Source: the human T2T-CHM13v2.0 reference genome, Homo sapiens. From it: a stretch of 64,000 nt of DNA. The notes under the pieces were generated by a model. It was given only the letters and a program-made list of their open reading frames with translations. It was not told where the DNA came from and did not search any database. Within the stretch, counting starts at the first letter, position 1. Each line of letters begins with the position of its first letter. The translations under genes and the position numbers were made by a program. The stretch lies in the NCBI RefSeq assembly GCF_009914755.1, contig NC_060935.1; one strand, written 5' to 3'. Of the stretch, positions 1-18,890 are shown piece after piece.

Positions 1-340
<340 letters not shown>

Positions 341-929
341 CTATGGCAATGGGTAGCACAGGTCTTAAAATGGCGGAAATGTTTGCTACCAGGAAATATC
401 AGATGGGAAGAAAAGGAATTAGACCTTGTTCTTATCTTGCTTGGGAGCATAGAACTGCCCCTGCTGTCATCAGGGAAAGAGAAGAAAGGAAGAAAGAAAG
501 AGCTTGAGCTTCAGAGTAAGTGAGACCTGTGTCCAAATCCTGGCTCTACCTCTAGCTAAACAAGCACTGTAACCTCAGTTTCTTTGGCTAGAAAATGGGA
601 CTAAGAACGGTTACTTTGTGGAGTTGATGTGAGAATTGGATGAGAAAACTTATGTGAAACGTACGCAGCACACCACAGGCTCCAGATAAGATATTACCTT
701 CCCATTTTCTCATGCCCTGTTGTCCATGCTGTTGAAATATCCCAGCTAACCTCATCCTGTCTGCCTGGTGAACTCCTACTTGATCTTCAAGTCCTAGTTC
801 AACGTCACTTGCCAGAGGAGCCTTTCCTGGCTTTCTGGGGCATAGTTTGTCACTCCTGCCACTATCTCCTCCTGGACTGGGAACTCCTGCAGAGCAGGAA
901 TAACAACTGAAACAACCTTTGCATCCTCA

Positions 930-1440
<511 letters not shown>

Positions 1441-1499
1441 TAAATATCTGTTGGGTAGCGTCCTACGATTTCCATGTAAAAATAAAGGATTCTTAAGTG

Positions 1500-1900
1500 C
1501 TTTAAAATATTTCTTATTACAGCATTATTTGTAATAGAGAAACTTTGGAAGCAACATAAATGTCTAATAATTAGGGGTTAAGTAAATTATGGTTTGTCCT
1601 CATAATGTAATGTATGCTGCCATGAAAATCACGTTATAGAAATGTGCTGTTGGCATTTCTCAATATACATTATGGGGAAAGAAGCAGGTTTCAACGCAGT
1701 ACTATGTACAGAATGATCCTGTTTTGTGATAAAAATATAAATGTTTATGTATGCATAACAAGGTCTGGAAGGACCCAGTGGTTGTCTCTGGGTGGGTGGA
1801 ATTTGCATGTTTCTTTTCCTTCCTTATGCTTATATGTATTTTGTGATTTTTCTATAATGAGCATAAATTACTTTTGTAGTAAGAAAAAAAAAATTTAAAC
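1500..1900 (+). mobile_element. Ancient L1 3' fragment
   Basis: Degenerate L1M 3'-end motifs (cagcattatttgtaatag, ggaagcaacataaatgtc). Confidence 0.55.
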
Positions 1901-3019
1901 TACCAAAAATTGTTTTTCTGATTGTAATACATTTTCATTGTAGAAAATTTGAAAACTATGAAAACTATAAAAAATAAAAGATAATTATGCATGTTGTTCC
2001 ACCTAGAGAGCCTGTTAACATTTTAGTATAATTCTTTCTAGTCTTTTTTTAAAAAAAAATGCATGTATGAATTTTTTAAACTACTTGAGATCAAACTGAT
2101 CTATAGCTTAAGATCCTGCAATTTTTTATTACATTGTGAATATTTTCCAAAGCTATTACAAATTGTAAATATTAGATGTCTCACAAAGGACTGGAAAAAT
2201 CAGCTATCCTGGGGAGAAAAAAATAGAAGAATCAAAAAGAGGGTTCCTGGCCTCCCAAATACAGCACAAGGCATTTTAACGTCTTCTCTAGCCCTAGAGA
2301 GGGCTTATATTGTATAAAACACTTTAAAATATTCCATATTAGCAATTTTAATGGTAAATTTTTTGAAAGGGCTTTTTATAATTTTGCTATTGAATTTGGC
2401 TAAACATACTCATTTAATTTACAACTGGCAAACAACTCACTGAATTTACAATTGGCTATAATTTCTCAGTAATTATTGTGCCTATTTGGGAACTCGGGGA
2501 AAATTGAGAAAAATCCAACCTACGAATTGTTTTCAAATATAAAGAAACACAATATTTAACAATTAATGCAATTAACACAATGTTACATTGTATAGTTTTT
2601 AATTAAACTTTTTTATTTTTACAGTTTTCATAGTTTGGAACCAATAACTCTTTTCAGATCTAGGACTTGGGCTGTGTCTCCCCTGACTCGTGGAGAGAAC
2701 ATCCTGCTTTCACTACAGGGCAGCCATGGCAGAAAACACCAGAAACTTCCAGCAGGGGTGGGAGCCACTTCAAAGGCTAGCAATAAGGAAAGCCAATTTA
2801 TTCAGCAGAGTTGGTTTTTCTGTGCCAACCTCCAAATAGAAAGTGGGAAGGTTTGGACAGGGAATTCCTGCTCCAGAAAGTTTTCGCTTCTCAAGTACAG
2901 AAGTAAAACTGGGGAGAAGGAGGGAGAGGCAGAAAAGGAAAAACAGGAAGGAGAAAGGAGAGAAAAGGCTAGAGAAGGAAGGAAGGAAAGGAAGCAGGGA
3001 AGCTACCTATCATTCATTC

Positions 3020-3230
3020 ATTGCTTATTATGTACCAGGCACTAAGCTAAGAACTATACACATTGTATCTCTTTCAGCACTCACTAGAACCCTATGAGAG
3101 GAGACTGTTGTCACTCCTATTTTACAGATAAGGCTCCAGAGGATCAGAAAGGTTAAGTCATTGGCCTAGGGTCACACAGCTTAAAAGCGACAGAGCTGGC
3201 CCAAGGCTGTCCAACACCAGGACCACTACA
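3020..3230 (-). mobile_element. MIR
   Basis: ctattttacagataagg...aaggttaagtcattggcctagggtcacacagct core. Confidence 0.7.
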
Positions 3231-3734
3231 TTAACCCTTATACCATACGGCCTCCCCAAACATGCTTGCCCTGTCTGTCCCGCCTCCTAGTCCCAGAATA
3301 ACAGAATTTAAAGCTGGAGGAGACCTTTGACATCAGCTTTCAGTCTCTACCTTAACTGAAGCAGGCTCACAGGAAGAACTTTGTCCCCTGTCTGCATCCT
3401 GCTGAACAACGCACTTCCACCCTGTCTCACGTCCTTACATCCCCAGGGCCACTGTGCCTGGCCCAGAAAATGTGCTTAGTAGGTGTTTGCTGAATTAATG
3501 AATTAAATAAATCTCTCGTTTTGCTGAGAAGGAAGGCCAGAGAAGGAAATTTGGGGACCACACACCGGGGGTAACTTGCTTAAGGTCATCAACAAAGTAG
3601 CAATGACAGACTTTAGTTTAGAATCTGGGCCAATGCTTGTTTCACCTGAATTCGCACTGTTTCACCTGAATTTGCATAGGGCTTTTCACCTTACATTATC
3701 TCATTTGGTCCTCATAACCACCACGTGATTATTA

Positions 3735-4648
<914 letters not shown>

Positions 4649-4981
4649 GATGGTTTGTTTTTTTAAAAAAATTATTGGCCGGGCGTGGTGCAGTGAGGGA
4701 AGATTGCACCACTGCACTCCAGCCTGGGTGACGCAGTGAGACCCTGCCTCAAAGAAAAAAAAATTATTGTTCTGCTTCTTAAATGATCATCCTACAGGAT
4801 GATAAACACCATGTCTGAGAGCGAGGTCCGTGGTCTCCACTTCACAGCCGTTTTCCGAGTACCTTGCACAATGTCAGGAACAGAGCAAGCCTCAAAACAA
4901 TATCTAAGAAATGTACAGGAAAGAGTGGGGAGGTCACACCGTGAGGCACCTTATAGATCCGAGAAACATGGGCCTGAGTTA

Positions 4982-5398
<417 letters not shown>

Positions 5399-6541
5399 CT
5401 ATGTGACTTCAGAGGAGTATTGTAACTCTTTGAGTCTCTGTTTCCTGCCAGTAAACTGTGGATAATGCGGTACTCCCTATCTCATGGGACTGTGAGAATT
5501 AAACGAGAATGTAAAAGCTAAGAGCTTGGCACATGGCAAACACTCAATCACAGCTAAAGCCAGGTAGAGGAGAAATGTTTGTCTTCCATCATCGCAAACG
5601 AAACCAAACTGGCTGGGCATTGGGGGATTTTGTGATCCAGAGCCCTCAGTCTCAGACTGGTCATAGAAACAGGCTGTCCTGCAGCAGAAGACTCCTTTCC
5701 CACCCCTATCACTAGCAGCTTTCTAAAGATCAAATACACAAGAAATGACAGTTGGGAAATAACCATACACACCAATCTAATTAATAGAATCATAAACATT
5801 TACCTCGATCCACCTAGGCAAAAATGTTTAAAACTCTGGATAGAATAGATGATTTTCTAGGGAAATAGAAAATATTACAACTAATTCCAAAAGAGTTTTT
5901 TAAAACACACGCACCAAAAAAGAAACCTACCAAATACTGTAGAATAAATTGAGAATATTTTCAAAGAGCAATACCCAAAAAAAGTGTCAGGTCCAGATGG
6001 TTTCATGGGTGAATTCTACCTGCTATTTAAATTGTTCCAGAGCAAAGAGAAAGCAGGAAAATTTCCAAATTCTTTTTATGAAGCCAGCACAACGCTGTAT
6101 GTAACCTGACAAGAGAGCACCATAGAAAAAAAGGCTCAGTAAATCTGTAAATGCTGGAAGCATTTCCCAGAGTCAAGAGCAAAATGAGAATTTCTACTCA
6201 CACCACTAACAATGTTAAACGTAACATTATTCTGGAAGTGCTGGCCTATACTATACAGTGAGACAACCGAAAGAAGCAAGATGTAGGAAAACAGGAAAGG
6301 AGAAAGACAAATTATCATCTTTAGATGATATGACTGTAAACCTCTAACTCAAGGTAATTCAGGAATTCACAATGAAATAATTAGATGTCAATTATCAATA
6401 AAATAAGATGACTGTTTATATGACTGATATACAAAAGTTAGTACCTTTCTTACATGCAATCAACCAGTTAGGAAATATTTTAAAAGTTTCCATTCATATG
6501 AGTGATGACACAAAACACAACCAATACAAATGTGCTAAATG

Positions 6542-6845
6542 GGCCGGGCACAGTGGCTCACGCCTGTAATCCCAGCACTTTGGGAGGCCGAGGCAGGTAG
6601 ATCACCTGAGGTCAGGAGTTCGAGACCAGCCTGACCAACATGGTGAAACCCCATTCCTCCTAAAAACACGAAAATTAGCTGGACATGGTGGTGGGTGCCT
6701 GTAATCCCAGCTACTGGGGAGGCTGAGGCAGGAGAATCAATCGCTTTAACCCAGGAGGTGGAGGTTGCAGTGAGCAAAGATCACGCCACTGCACTCCAGC
6801 CTGGGCGACAGAGCGAAACTCCATCTCAAAAAAAAAAAAAAAAAA
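6542..6845 (+). mobile_element. AluS
   Basis: Full Alu; TSD atgtgctaaat. Confidence 0.92.
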
Positions 6846-6876
6846 GATGTGCTAAATGTATAAGAGGAGTGTCTTA

Positions 6877-6985
6877 GCAGGAGGATTGCTTGAGCCCAGG
6901 AGTTAGAGGCTGCAGTGAGCTATGATCGCGACACTGCACTTCAGCCTGGGTGACAGAGCAAGACCCTGTCTCCAAAAAAAAAAAA
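6877..6985 (+). mobile_element. Alu right-arm fragment
   Basis: Partial right monomer with A tail. Confidence 0.8.
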
Positions 6986-7610
6986 GAGGAAGAGGAATGC
7001 CTTTGAATGCTGCTGAGGGACTTGATAGTCCGAATAAATGGAAAGACATATCCTGCTTCTGAATAGGAGGATGTACTATTGTAAAGATGTCGGTTTCACA
7101 AATCATGGTATTTACAATGATTCCAATTTTTAAAACATGCTAAACGAATTGCTTTTGGAACCAGATAGGCTGATTCTAAAGTTCACATGGAAAAATAAGC
7201 ATGCAAGAATAGCCAGGAAAAAAATATGGGGGTGGGGAGGGAAAGACAGTGAGGATAGACTACCTACTGAACATTGAAACATACTGTAGTTTCTTAGATA
7301 TGACACCAAAACCATAAACAACAAAAAAAAATAGATAAATTGAATTTCATCAAAGTTAAAAACTCTTGTGCCTCAAAGGATACCATCAAGAAAGTGAAAA
7401 CACATACTCATAAAATGGGAGAAAATATTTCCAAGTCCTATATCTGATAAGGAGCTACTATTCAGAATATAAAAAGAACTCTTATAATTTAGCCACAAAA
7501 AGACAACCCACTTTTAAAATGGGCAAAGAGTTTGAATAGACTTTTGTCTAAGTAAGGTATACAAATGGCAATAAGCACAGGAAAAAAATGCTCCACATCA
7601 TTAGTCATTA

Positions 7611-8335
<725 letters not shown>

Positions 8336-8406
8336 AGAATGTAAAACATGCACTACTTTGGAAAACAGTCTGGCAGTCGTTGGTTCTTCAAAATGTTAAA
8401 CATAGA

Positions 8407-8725
<319 letters not shown>

Positions 8726-8945
8726 TCATTATATGACCCAGCAATTTTATATGTATATATGTATACATATAAATATGTATGTGTGTAGATAGATAGACAG
8801 ATATTCTCCAAGAGATTTGAAAATATATGGTCCACACAAAAAATGTACATTAATGTTCAACAGCAGCATGAGTCATAATAGCGAAAAAGTGGAAACAACC
8901 CCGATGTCCATCAGTTGATAAATGGAGAGGCAAAATGTGGTATAA

Positions 8946-9428
<483 letters not shown>

Positions 9429-9641
9429 TAGAATCGTGGGTGCCAGGGGCTGTGGAGGGAATGGGAAGTGACTGCTAATGGGTATCGCGTTTTTATATGA
9501 GATGATGAAAATGTTGTGAAATTAGATCGTGGTAATAGTTACGCAACTTTGTGAATATACTGAAAAACACTGAATCGTATACTTAAAGGGGTGAATTTTA
9601 TATTTTATAATATGTGGATTATATCCCAATAAAGCTGGGTA

Positions 9642-9957
9642 TTTTTTTTGTTTTTGTTTTTGTTTTTTTTTTTTTTTTTTGAGACGGAGTCTCGCTCTGT
9701 CGCCAGGCTGGAGCGCAGTGGTGCGATCTTGGCTCACTGCAATCTCTGACTCCCAGGTTCAAGAGATTCTCCTGCCTCAGCCTCCTGAGTAGCTGGGATT
9801 ACAGGCACATGCCACCACGCCCAGCTAATTTTTGTATTTTTAGTAGAGACGGGGTTTCACCATGTTGGCCAGGATGGTCTCGATTTCTTGACCTCGTGAT
9901 CTGCCCGTCTTGGCCTCCCAAAGTGCTGGGATTACAGGCGTGAGCCTCCGCTCCCGG
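9642..9957 (-). mobile_element. AluS (Sc-like)
   Basis: Antisense Alu; TSD aataaagctg. Confidence 0.92.
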
Positions 9958-10627
9958 CTAATAAAGCTGTTATTTTTTAAGACATAATATAAAACTTTGG
10001 TAAGCAAAACAGCACAAAAGACCAGAATAGATGCAATTACTGACCAGAATTTTGTACATAATAAAAGTGGCATTTCAAGTAAGAGGAAAGATTTATTATT
10101 CTGAAAATTATATCGAAACATTCCTTGATAAGTTATCCATGGGGGAAGGTGGTATTTGGAACCTTAATCTGCTCCTTTCAGATGAATGAAGGACTTAAAT
10201 GTAAAAAGTAAAACTATAAAAATGCTAGGATAAACAGGTGAGTTTTATAAAATCTCAGAGTGGGAAAGACAAAACACAAAGAACCCCAAAGAAAAAAAAA
10301 TGCATAAATTTGACTTATAAATGTTTCAAATTTCTACATGGAAAAAAAAGACAAATAGCAAACTGAAAAAAAATTATAAAAATATGACCTCATTTTTACA
10401 AACTTTCAGTTTCCTTATTATATAAAAATGCTGCATGTATCCCTAAGAAAAAACAAACCAAAAGAAAAATAAACCTAAACAGACCATTTCTAGAAATAAA
10501 AATAAAAATATGAAAAGATGTCCAACTTCATTCGTAATTAATGCTTATTAAAACAACAACTAGATACCATTTTTCATCTATCAGATTGGCCAAAATAAAA
10601 CAAGTCTGCTAAAAAAGTGCATGTTCA

Positions 10628-11019
<392 letters not shown>

Positions 11020-11205
11020 TCATAGCAGCTATATTCATCATTGCTTAATCCTGGAAACAACCAAGATGTCTTTCAGTAGGTTACTGGATTAAAAAACTAT
11101 GGTCATCCAGACAATGGAATATTATTCAGTGCTAAAAAGAAACGAACTAACAAGCCACAAAAAGAGTAACCTTAAATGCACATTGATAAGTGAAAGAAGC
11201 CTATC

Positions 11206-11510
<305 letters not shown>

Positions 11511-11599
11511 AGAAAAAAAAAAGCTATATTCTGTATAATTCCAAATATATGACATTGTGGAAAAGACAAAAGTATGAAGACAATAAAAAAATCTGTTAT

Positions 11600-11892
11600 T
11601 GGCAGGGAGCGGAAGCACACGCCTGTAATCCCAGCACTTTGGAAGGCCAAGGCGGGCGGATCACGAGGTCAAGAGATGGAGACCATCCTGGCCAACATCG
11701 TGAAACCCTGTCTCTACTAAAAATACAAAAATTAGCTGGGCATGGTGGAGCATGCCTGTAGTCCTAGCTACTCGGGAGGCTAAGGCAGGAGAATCACTTG
11801 AACCCGGGGGGCAGAGGTTGCAGTGAGCGGAGTGCGCCACTGTACTCCAGCCTGGTGACAGAGCAAGACTCCATCCCCCTCCCAAAAAAAAA
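11600..11892 (+). mobile_element. AluS (Sc-like)
   Basis: Full Alu; TSD aaaaaatctgttattg. Confidence 0.92.
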
Positions 11893-12243
11893 TCTGTTAT
11901 TGTCAGGGGTTGCAGTGGGGAGAGAGGGAGGAATAAATAGTTGGAACAGGAGATTTTTAGGACAGTGAAACTATTCTGTATGATACTGTAATGGTAGATA
12001 CATGCCTTTTATACATTTGTCAAAACCCACAGAATGTACACCACTGAGAAACAGCCTTAATGTAAGCTATGGACTTCTGTTAATCACAATGTATCAGCAT
12101 TGGTTCATCAATTATAGCAAATGTACCACACTAATAAAAGATGTAAATAATTGAGGAAACTATAGGGGGGAGGGGGAGGTGTACAGGAACTCTCTGTACT
12201 TTCTGATCAATTTTCTGTTAACATAAAACTGCTAAAAAAAAAA

Positions 12244-12455
12244 GGTGGGGGGTGGGGAGCAAGGGGAGGAGGAGCATTAGGAGAAATATCTAATTCACGC
12301 TGGGCTTAAAACCTAGATGACGGGTTAATAGGGGCAGCAAACCACCATGGCACACGTATACCTATGTAACAAACCTGCGTATTCTGCACATGCATCCTGG
12401 AACTTAAAGAAGATTAAAAACAAAATACAATAAATAAAATAAAATAAATAAAAGT
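12244..12455 (+). mobile_element. L1PA 3' terminal fragment
   Basis: gcagcaaaccaccatggcacacgtatacctatgtaacaaacctgc...ctgcacatg plus A-rich tail. Confidence 0.85.
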
Positions 12456-12789
12456 TCCAATAAAGCACATTTTAAAAACAAAAAAAATAAAAATAATAAA
12501 GACTACTGATTAAAACCAAAAAAATGGTATTATATATTGGTGGTAGTTGTGTAAATTGCTACAACCTCATTTCATTGGAGCAAAATTTGACAATACCTAC
12601 CTACCAAAAAAATTTTTTTACAGTGTCACTCTCAGTATACCAAACATTTTAAAGAAACACACTTTTTTTTACCCAGATAAGTCCACTTCTAAGAATTTAT
12701 CTTTCATATAGACTCACAGGTAGAAACAACGTTTATATAATGATATTCATCAGTTCTGTTGTAATAGCAAAAGATATGAAATAATCTTT

Positions 12790-13606
<817 letters not shown>

Positions 13607-15763
13607 AAAACCTAAATGTCCACCAGTAGAGGACTGGTAAATAAATGCAGTGTAACACCCTGCGGCCTCAAAAAGAATGATGTAGCTTTATATAAATTTA
13701 CATGGAATTAGTTCCAGGCTACATTAAGTGGGGGTAAAATGCAAACTATAAGAAGAATGTACATAGCATGTTAGCTGTATAAAAAGAGGCACAGTTTAAA
13801 ACCTACATAGATCCTTTATGTATATCCATAGAATATCTTCGGAAAGATTCACCAGAACCTGGTAACATTTATTGCCACCAGGGGAAGAGAAATGGGTGAC
13901 AAGGGTTTCCCATGGGAGAGATGTTTGTTTTTCACTGTGTCCCACTTCGTGCTGTTGTGGCTTTTGTTTCTGTTTTTGTTTTATCATGTTCAAGCATTGC
14001 TTTAAGAATTTAAAAAAAAAAGACAAAAAAATGTTTAAGGGAGGGAGTTGTGCTCAGTCTTAAATGAGTTTTTAGTGTTTGAATCAGTTTAATAAGTAAT
14101 GATGGAGCCCCTTCCCTGTGTGGCACACTATCACCTACCTTTTCTCATTTAATCTTCCTTAGCAAACTTGATGGGTCAGTGTTCTTATGATACCCACGGT
14201 TGAGGCACTGAGTCACAGAGGGTTAGTGACCAAATTGCACAGCTAGTAAGTTTCACAGTTGGATTTCAAAGCTTGGTCTTCCAGCTCCAGTGTTGTTGCT
14301 GGTTCCCACAGCAGTAGGGGTCAGCTTAACCCTAGGACGCTACGACATGGAGTTGTCAAACAGCCATCTCTACTGCTTTTCCTGGCCCTTTTGTAGGTCT
14401 CTGAGTTGAGGAGAAGGTCAGCCTCCAGAGGGGCTTTCTGGGTTCAGCCCACCTTCTCCTGTTACATCTCTCAGCAAAGCTCCTTTCGGCCCTTCTGGGG
14501 AGAGGCGGCTGCCAGCGGTCACTGCGTTAATTGTTCTCTCTGGTGGGCTCACGTTGCAACAGACCCAGTGCAGCCACCTGCTTTCCTCCCGCGGAGCTGA
14601 AACCCTAGAGATGACAGGCCTCTGCCTAGTATTACATCTTGATCAAATAAGACTGCCCTGAGATTTATCATTCCTGCAAATGTCAGGCCGCAGGTGAAGG
14701 GGGTGCGTGCACAGAACGAGGACTTCCCTCTTGGGTTTTTCCCCTGCTTGTCGGTAACTTACAAGTCTGGGCGGACAAAATCCACCTTCCTGGGCCTCCC
14801 TGTCTGGCAGAATAGAGATCATGTTCCTGCGTGGTAGGGACAGATGTTGCTGGCCCATCTACCTTGGAGGAGCTATGTTTAAATATACTCAAACTGCCTT
14901 TCACGTTGAGGGTCACAAAGCATTTTCAAATGACTCATTAGTGAATTTCAATGTCTAGAAAAAGCAAGAATTATTATTTTCATTTTATAAATAGGTCAAA
15001 AGTCACACAATCAATGACAGATGTCGGAAACAGAGGTAAGAATTCTGCTTTTGTCTTCGGCTGCAGCCACTAAATCCCACCTCTAGTATCCCCGACAGAC
15101 CTCCTTTCTGCTCTCCAACTTCTGGCCAAAGACTTGGAATTGGCCTTTATGTGTTTCTACTTAAAGGTTTGAATTCTATGTATGGTTCATATGCCTTTGA
15201 TATTTCTGGAATTTATAAAAGAAAAGGAGAAGAATGATATTTGATGCTTTTCAGAGATCACGTTGGGACTGAGCCTTATATTGTGGGTCAAATGCCAGTA
15301 ACGGGGAAAAAAATGGTCACCAGATCTTTAGAAGGTTCACTTTTATTCTCTCTCTGAAAGAATTTTGTCTGTTAAAATTAAGCAGAGTGTATCCTTAGTC
15401 ACCAAAATGATTGTTGTAGGAATACTGAAAGTCACTGCTTATTGAGCACCAACTATGTGCCAAGCACTGCTCTACTTAACGCATCCACTGTATCGGGTGA
15501 TTCTCACCAACACCCTAGGAGGTCTTTATCATTCATTGTATAGGTAATATAACTGGGTTCAGAGATAGAAGATGGGATGAGGAGAAAGGTGAGGGAAAGA
15601 AGAGAAAGTTCAAAGGAAATTAATTAAAAAGTATTGGGTATATAAAATGTGCCAGATGTGTTGTGTTATAATAGGTGTTGGAGATACAAAGATGAATAAA
15701 ATATCACTCTCAAGGAGTTGATAGCCTTGTGGGACATTGAGGGTGACAGCTGAAGAGGCAAAC

Positions 15764-15766
<3 letters not shown>

Positions 15767-15806
<40 letters not shown>
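15767..15806. repeat. (AAT)n microsatellite, about 13 units
   Basis: Direct reading. Confidence 0.95.
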
Positions 15807-15807
<1 letters not shown>

Positions 15808-15989
15808 TCAATACAATTCAGTCCAGAAGTATTTATTGAGTTTCTGGTATGTGTTAGACACTGCACTAGTTGCAGTGGATAGTTCCTCTTCTCTTGGTGC
15901 TTACCATCTAATAAGAAAGTCAAACATTCATCAAATAATTATACATGTTTAAAATTGCAATTGAGTGCAATAAAAGACACCAGATGGGC

Positions 15990-16960
15990 CACAGCCTGAC
16001 AGAGGATTAGTACTCAGAATATATAAAGAACTCCTACTCATAGTAAGAGATAATCTAACAGAAGCACTGTCAAATAAACCAATGAGCAACTTAAAAATGA
16101 GGAAATGGCCAACAAACAAATGAAAGTGTGCTCAGTCTCACCTGTTAACAGGGAATTGCAAATTAAAACACTGAAAGGCCATTTCACACCCATCAGCTTG
16201 GCAAAAATTTTGAAGTCTGACAATACCAAATGTTGTTGAGGATGCCAAGCATGGGAACTTCCATATATTGCTATCAGACTGTGAATGGTACAACCACTTT
16301 GAAAAAACTTTTAGTCATGCTGAGTAAAGCTGCCAGTTCCTCTGCCTTGAATCCAGCAATTCTGCACCCAAGTGGCTACTGGAAGACTTACTTTCACACA
16401 AGGGGATGGGTATAAAAAATACTAATCACAATATTGTTTCTAACAGAAAAAAAATTAAAAATAAGTTGAATGTCCTTCAGAAGGACATTGGTAAATAAAG
16501 TATGGTGAACTCATATAATGGGACCCAAATAGGAAGTGAAAATTGCATAATCTAGAACTACGTGTATCCATGTGAACACATTTCAAGATTATCCTGCTGG
16601 GTGAAAAAAGCAAGTTGCACAATTATATACCCAGTATAATGGTATTTCTTCAGAGTTTAAAAACATACCAAACAATTCTGTAAAGTGCTTACAGGCACAA
16701 ATATATGTAGCAAAAATACAAAAGTATGCATAGGAATGGTAAAACTCAAAGGCAGAAAGTGATTACCATAGGGGAGGGACAGAAATGAGTTCAGAAGACT
16801 AGATCTGTGAGGTTTTATGTCCTTTAAAAAAGATCTGAAGAAAATAGAGCAAATGTTAAGCTTTGACAAAGACGTGGCTAGGGGAGGGGAAGGCACACAG
16901 AATAGTGATTAATTATATTATTCGCTATAGTTTTTTGGTATGCTTTAAATTTTTTTGAAT
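15990..16960 (+). mobile_element. Ancient L1 3' region
   Basis: ctcagaatatataaagaactcctac, gaattgcaaattaaaaca, ggtacaaccactttg motifs. Confidence 0.7.
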
Positions 16961-17789
16961 TGCACTTTGACCTATTAAAGGCGAATTCCACTGAGTTGGG
17001 GGTGGGTGGGTCAGGGAAGGCTTCTCAGACGAATTGAGTCTTACTTAAGATGACAGCTGAAAATTGAGTAGAAGAGGAAGGGCGGCAAGGTGTTTCAGGC
17101 AGAGAAGCCTGCGCTAAGAGGCTGGACTGGGAAGGTGAGGTAGGGGCCAGGGACTGAGACCCCCTGTGTGGCCAGAGCAGGGGAAGAAAGGAGCTGATGT
17201 TGAGGGGAGGGGAGGCGAAGGGGGTGTGCACAGACCATGCAGGACCCCACAGGCCATCCTGAAGGCTCAAGCCTCTCCCCTAAATATGACAAAATCAGCA
17301 GGCGGCCCAGGGACACTTCACTCGGCCAGATAGCGGAACAGGGAGGGCGTTCTTGAAAAGGTGACTCACATCTTGAGTTCTGGAGGATGAGTAAGAGGAA
17401 GCCGGTAGGGGGAGGGGGAGAAGGGAGGAAGGGGAAAATTCTCTGGATAGGGCCTAACTGCAGCAAAGACCTGAGGACCTTCAAGAGTGTGGCCCCAGCG
17501 GGCTCCAGCCTCCGAGCCTAGCTCGGGAGGCGTGGTGTAGAAAATGGCAGACTAGGGCATCCATGAAGACCGGGCGGCCCCAAGCCGAGAGGCATGGCAA
17601 AACAGGGGTTGCAGGTGGCTGTTCTGGCAGAGCGAGGAGGATGGATTTGAAGAAGACAGGCATGCAGGGGAGACCTTTGAGGGGAATGTGTCAACAGCCA
17701 AGGGGGGCGGGGCGCCGGGGAGGTCTGGATGAAGTGGGAATGAGGATGGAGTGCAGAGTGCCTGGAGAAGTGTTCAGGAGGGAAGGCGA

Positions 17790-18520
17790 GGCATCGGGAC
17801 GAGGGGCTGGGCGGTCGCGCCATCTCTGCGATAGACAATAATCGGGTCAACACGCGGCGAGTGGCGGTGCGCGCGGGGCCAACCGCGTGGAGCTGTCGGG
17901 AGGGCGATAGGATGGGCGCGCCCGGGCTGCAGGCGGGGAGCCGGAGGTGGGAGGTGCCTCTTGAGAGTGGCTCTCCACCGCTGACAGCAAACGAGCTGGT
18001 CCGGACGGAGGACAGAGGGGGAAGAAACGGAGGGAGTCGCTGGGGGACGGCGACGAGTGGGATCCGGGCGGGTGGGACTGGGCGCAAAGGACCGCGCCGA
18101 CGCCGCATGGCTGCCGGGAATTCAGCTCCCCCGGCCAGGTTGAGCGGGCCCCGGGGCCCGGAGCGGGCGTCGGCATCTCCGGCCTCCCCGCGGGGCTGCA
18201 GGCAGGCGGCGCCCCGAGCGCACCCCGCGCGAGCAGGCGCGGAACAGCGGACCCAGGCCGGGCCTTCCCGCAGCTTTTCTGGCCGCCTCGGAGGGCAGGG
18301 TCCCAGCGCGGCCCGAGGCGCCTCTTGCCAGCGGCCCGACCTCCTGCCCTCCCGGCCCCCTCCAGGCTCCCCGCACGTGCAGGCCCGGCGACGTCACTGC
18401 GGCTCTGACGCGCTCTTGGAGGCCCGGGCGGAGGCGGCGCGGCGCGGGCTTCCTCCGGGAGGTCCCGGTCCCGGCAGCCCGCGGCCGCGTCCTTGGCCCT
18501 CCTCCGGGGGAACCTCGTTC
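17790..18520. promoter_or_regulatory. Orphan CpG island, promoter/enhancer-like
   Basis: Very dense CpG in repeat-free sequence; E-box CACGTG 18374-18379, CRE-like CGACGTCA 18389-18396, half-CRE TGACG 18406-18410. Confidence 0.8.
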
Positions 18521-18709
18521 ATTCCAAACTCTGGAAGGCCGGCTGTCCTTCGGTTACTGATAAGGACGCGAGCTCTTGGTAAAAGATTTGAACAATGCCC
18601 GGAAAGAAATAGCTGGACCTAAGAAACAGACTAATAATAGCTGCCAGCTAGAGCTCCACTCGTGTGCTCAGCGCCTTTAGGAACAATAATAACGACCACA
18701 GCCATAGTA

Positions 18710-18890
18710 GCCACCATTTATTGAGCGCTTACTCTGTGCCAGGTGCTGTGTTAAGCGCTTTGCAGGCAACAACCCTCGGAGGTAAGTACCATTATCATCC
18801 CTATTTTGCAGGAAACCCGGGCACAGAGAGGTTAAGTAACTTGCCCCAGGGCACACAGCTAGCTGATGTCAGTGCCAGAATTCCAACCGC
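18710..18890 (-). mobile_element. MIR between the CpG lobes
   Basis: tttattgagcgcttactctgtgccagg...gagaggttaagtaacttgcccc. Confidence 0.8.

Noticed and set aside
17861-18622. 253-aa ORF (GTG start, internal ATG near 17912) across the orphan CpG island
   Set aside because: Low-complexity R/G/A/P/S composition, overlapping ORFs on both strands, no recognisable domain. Stop codons are rare in GC-rich DNA. Ribo-seq or PhyloCSF support would be needed.
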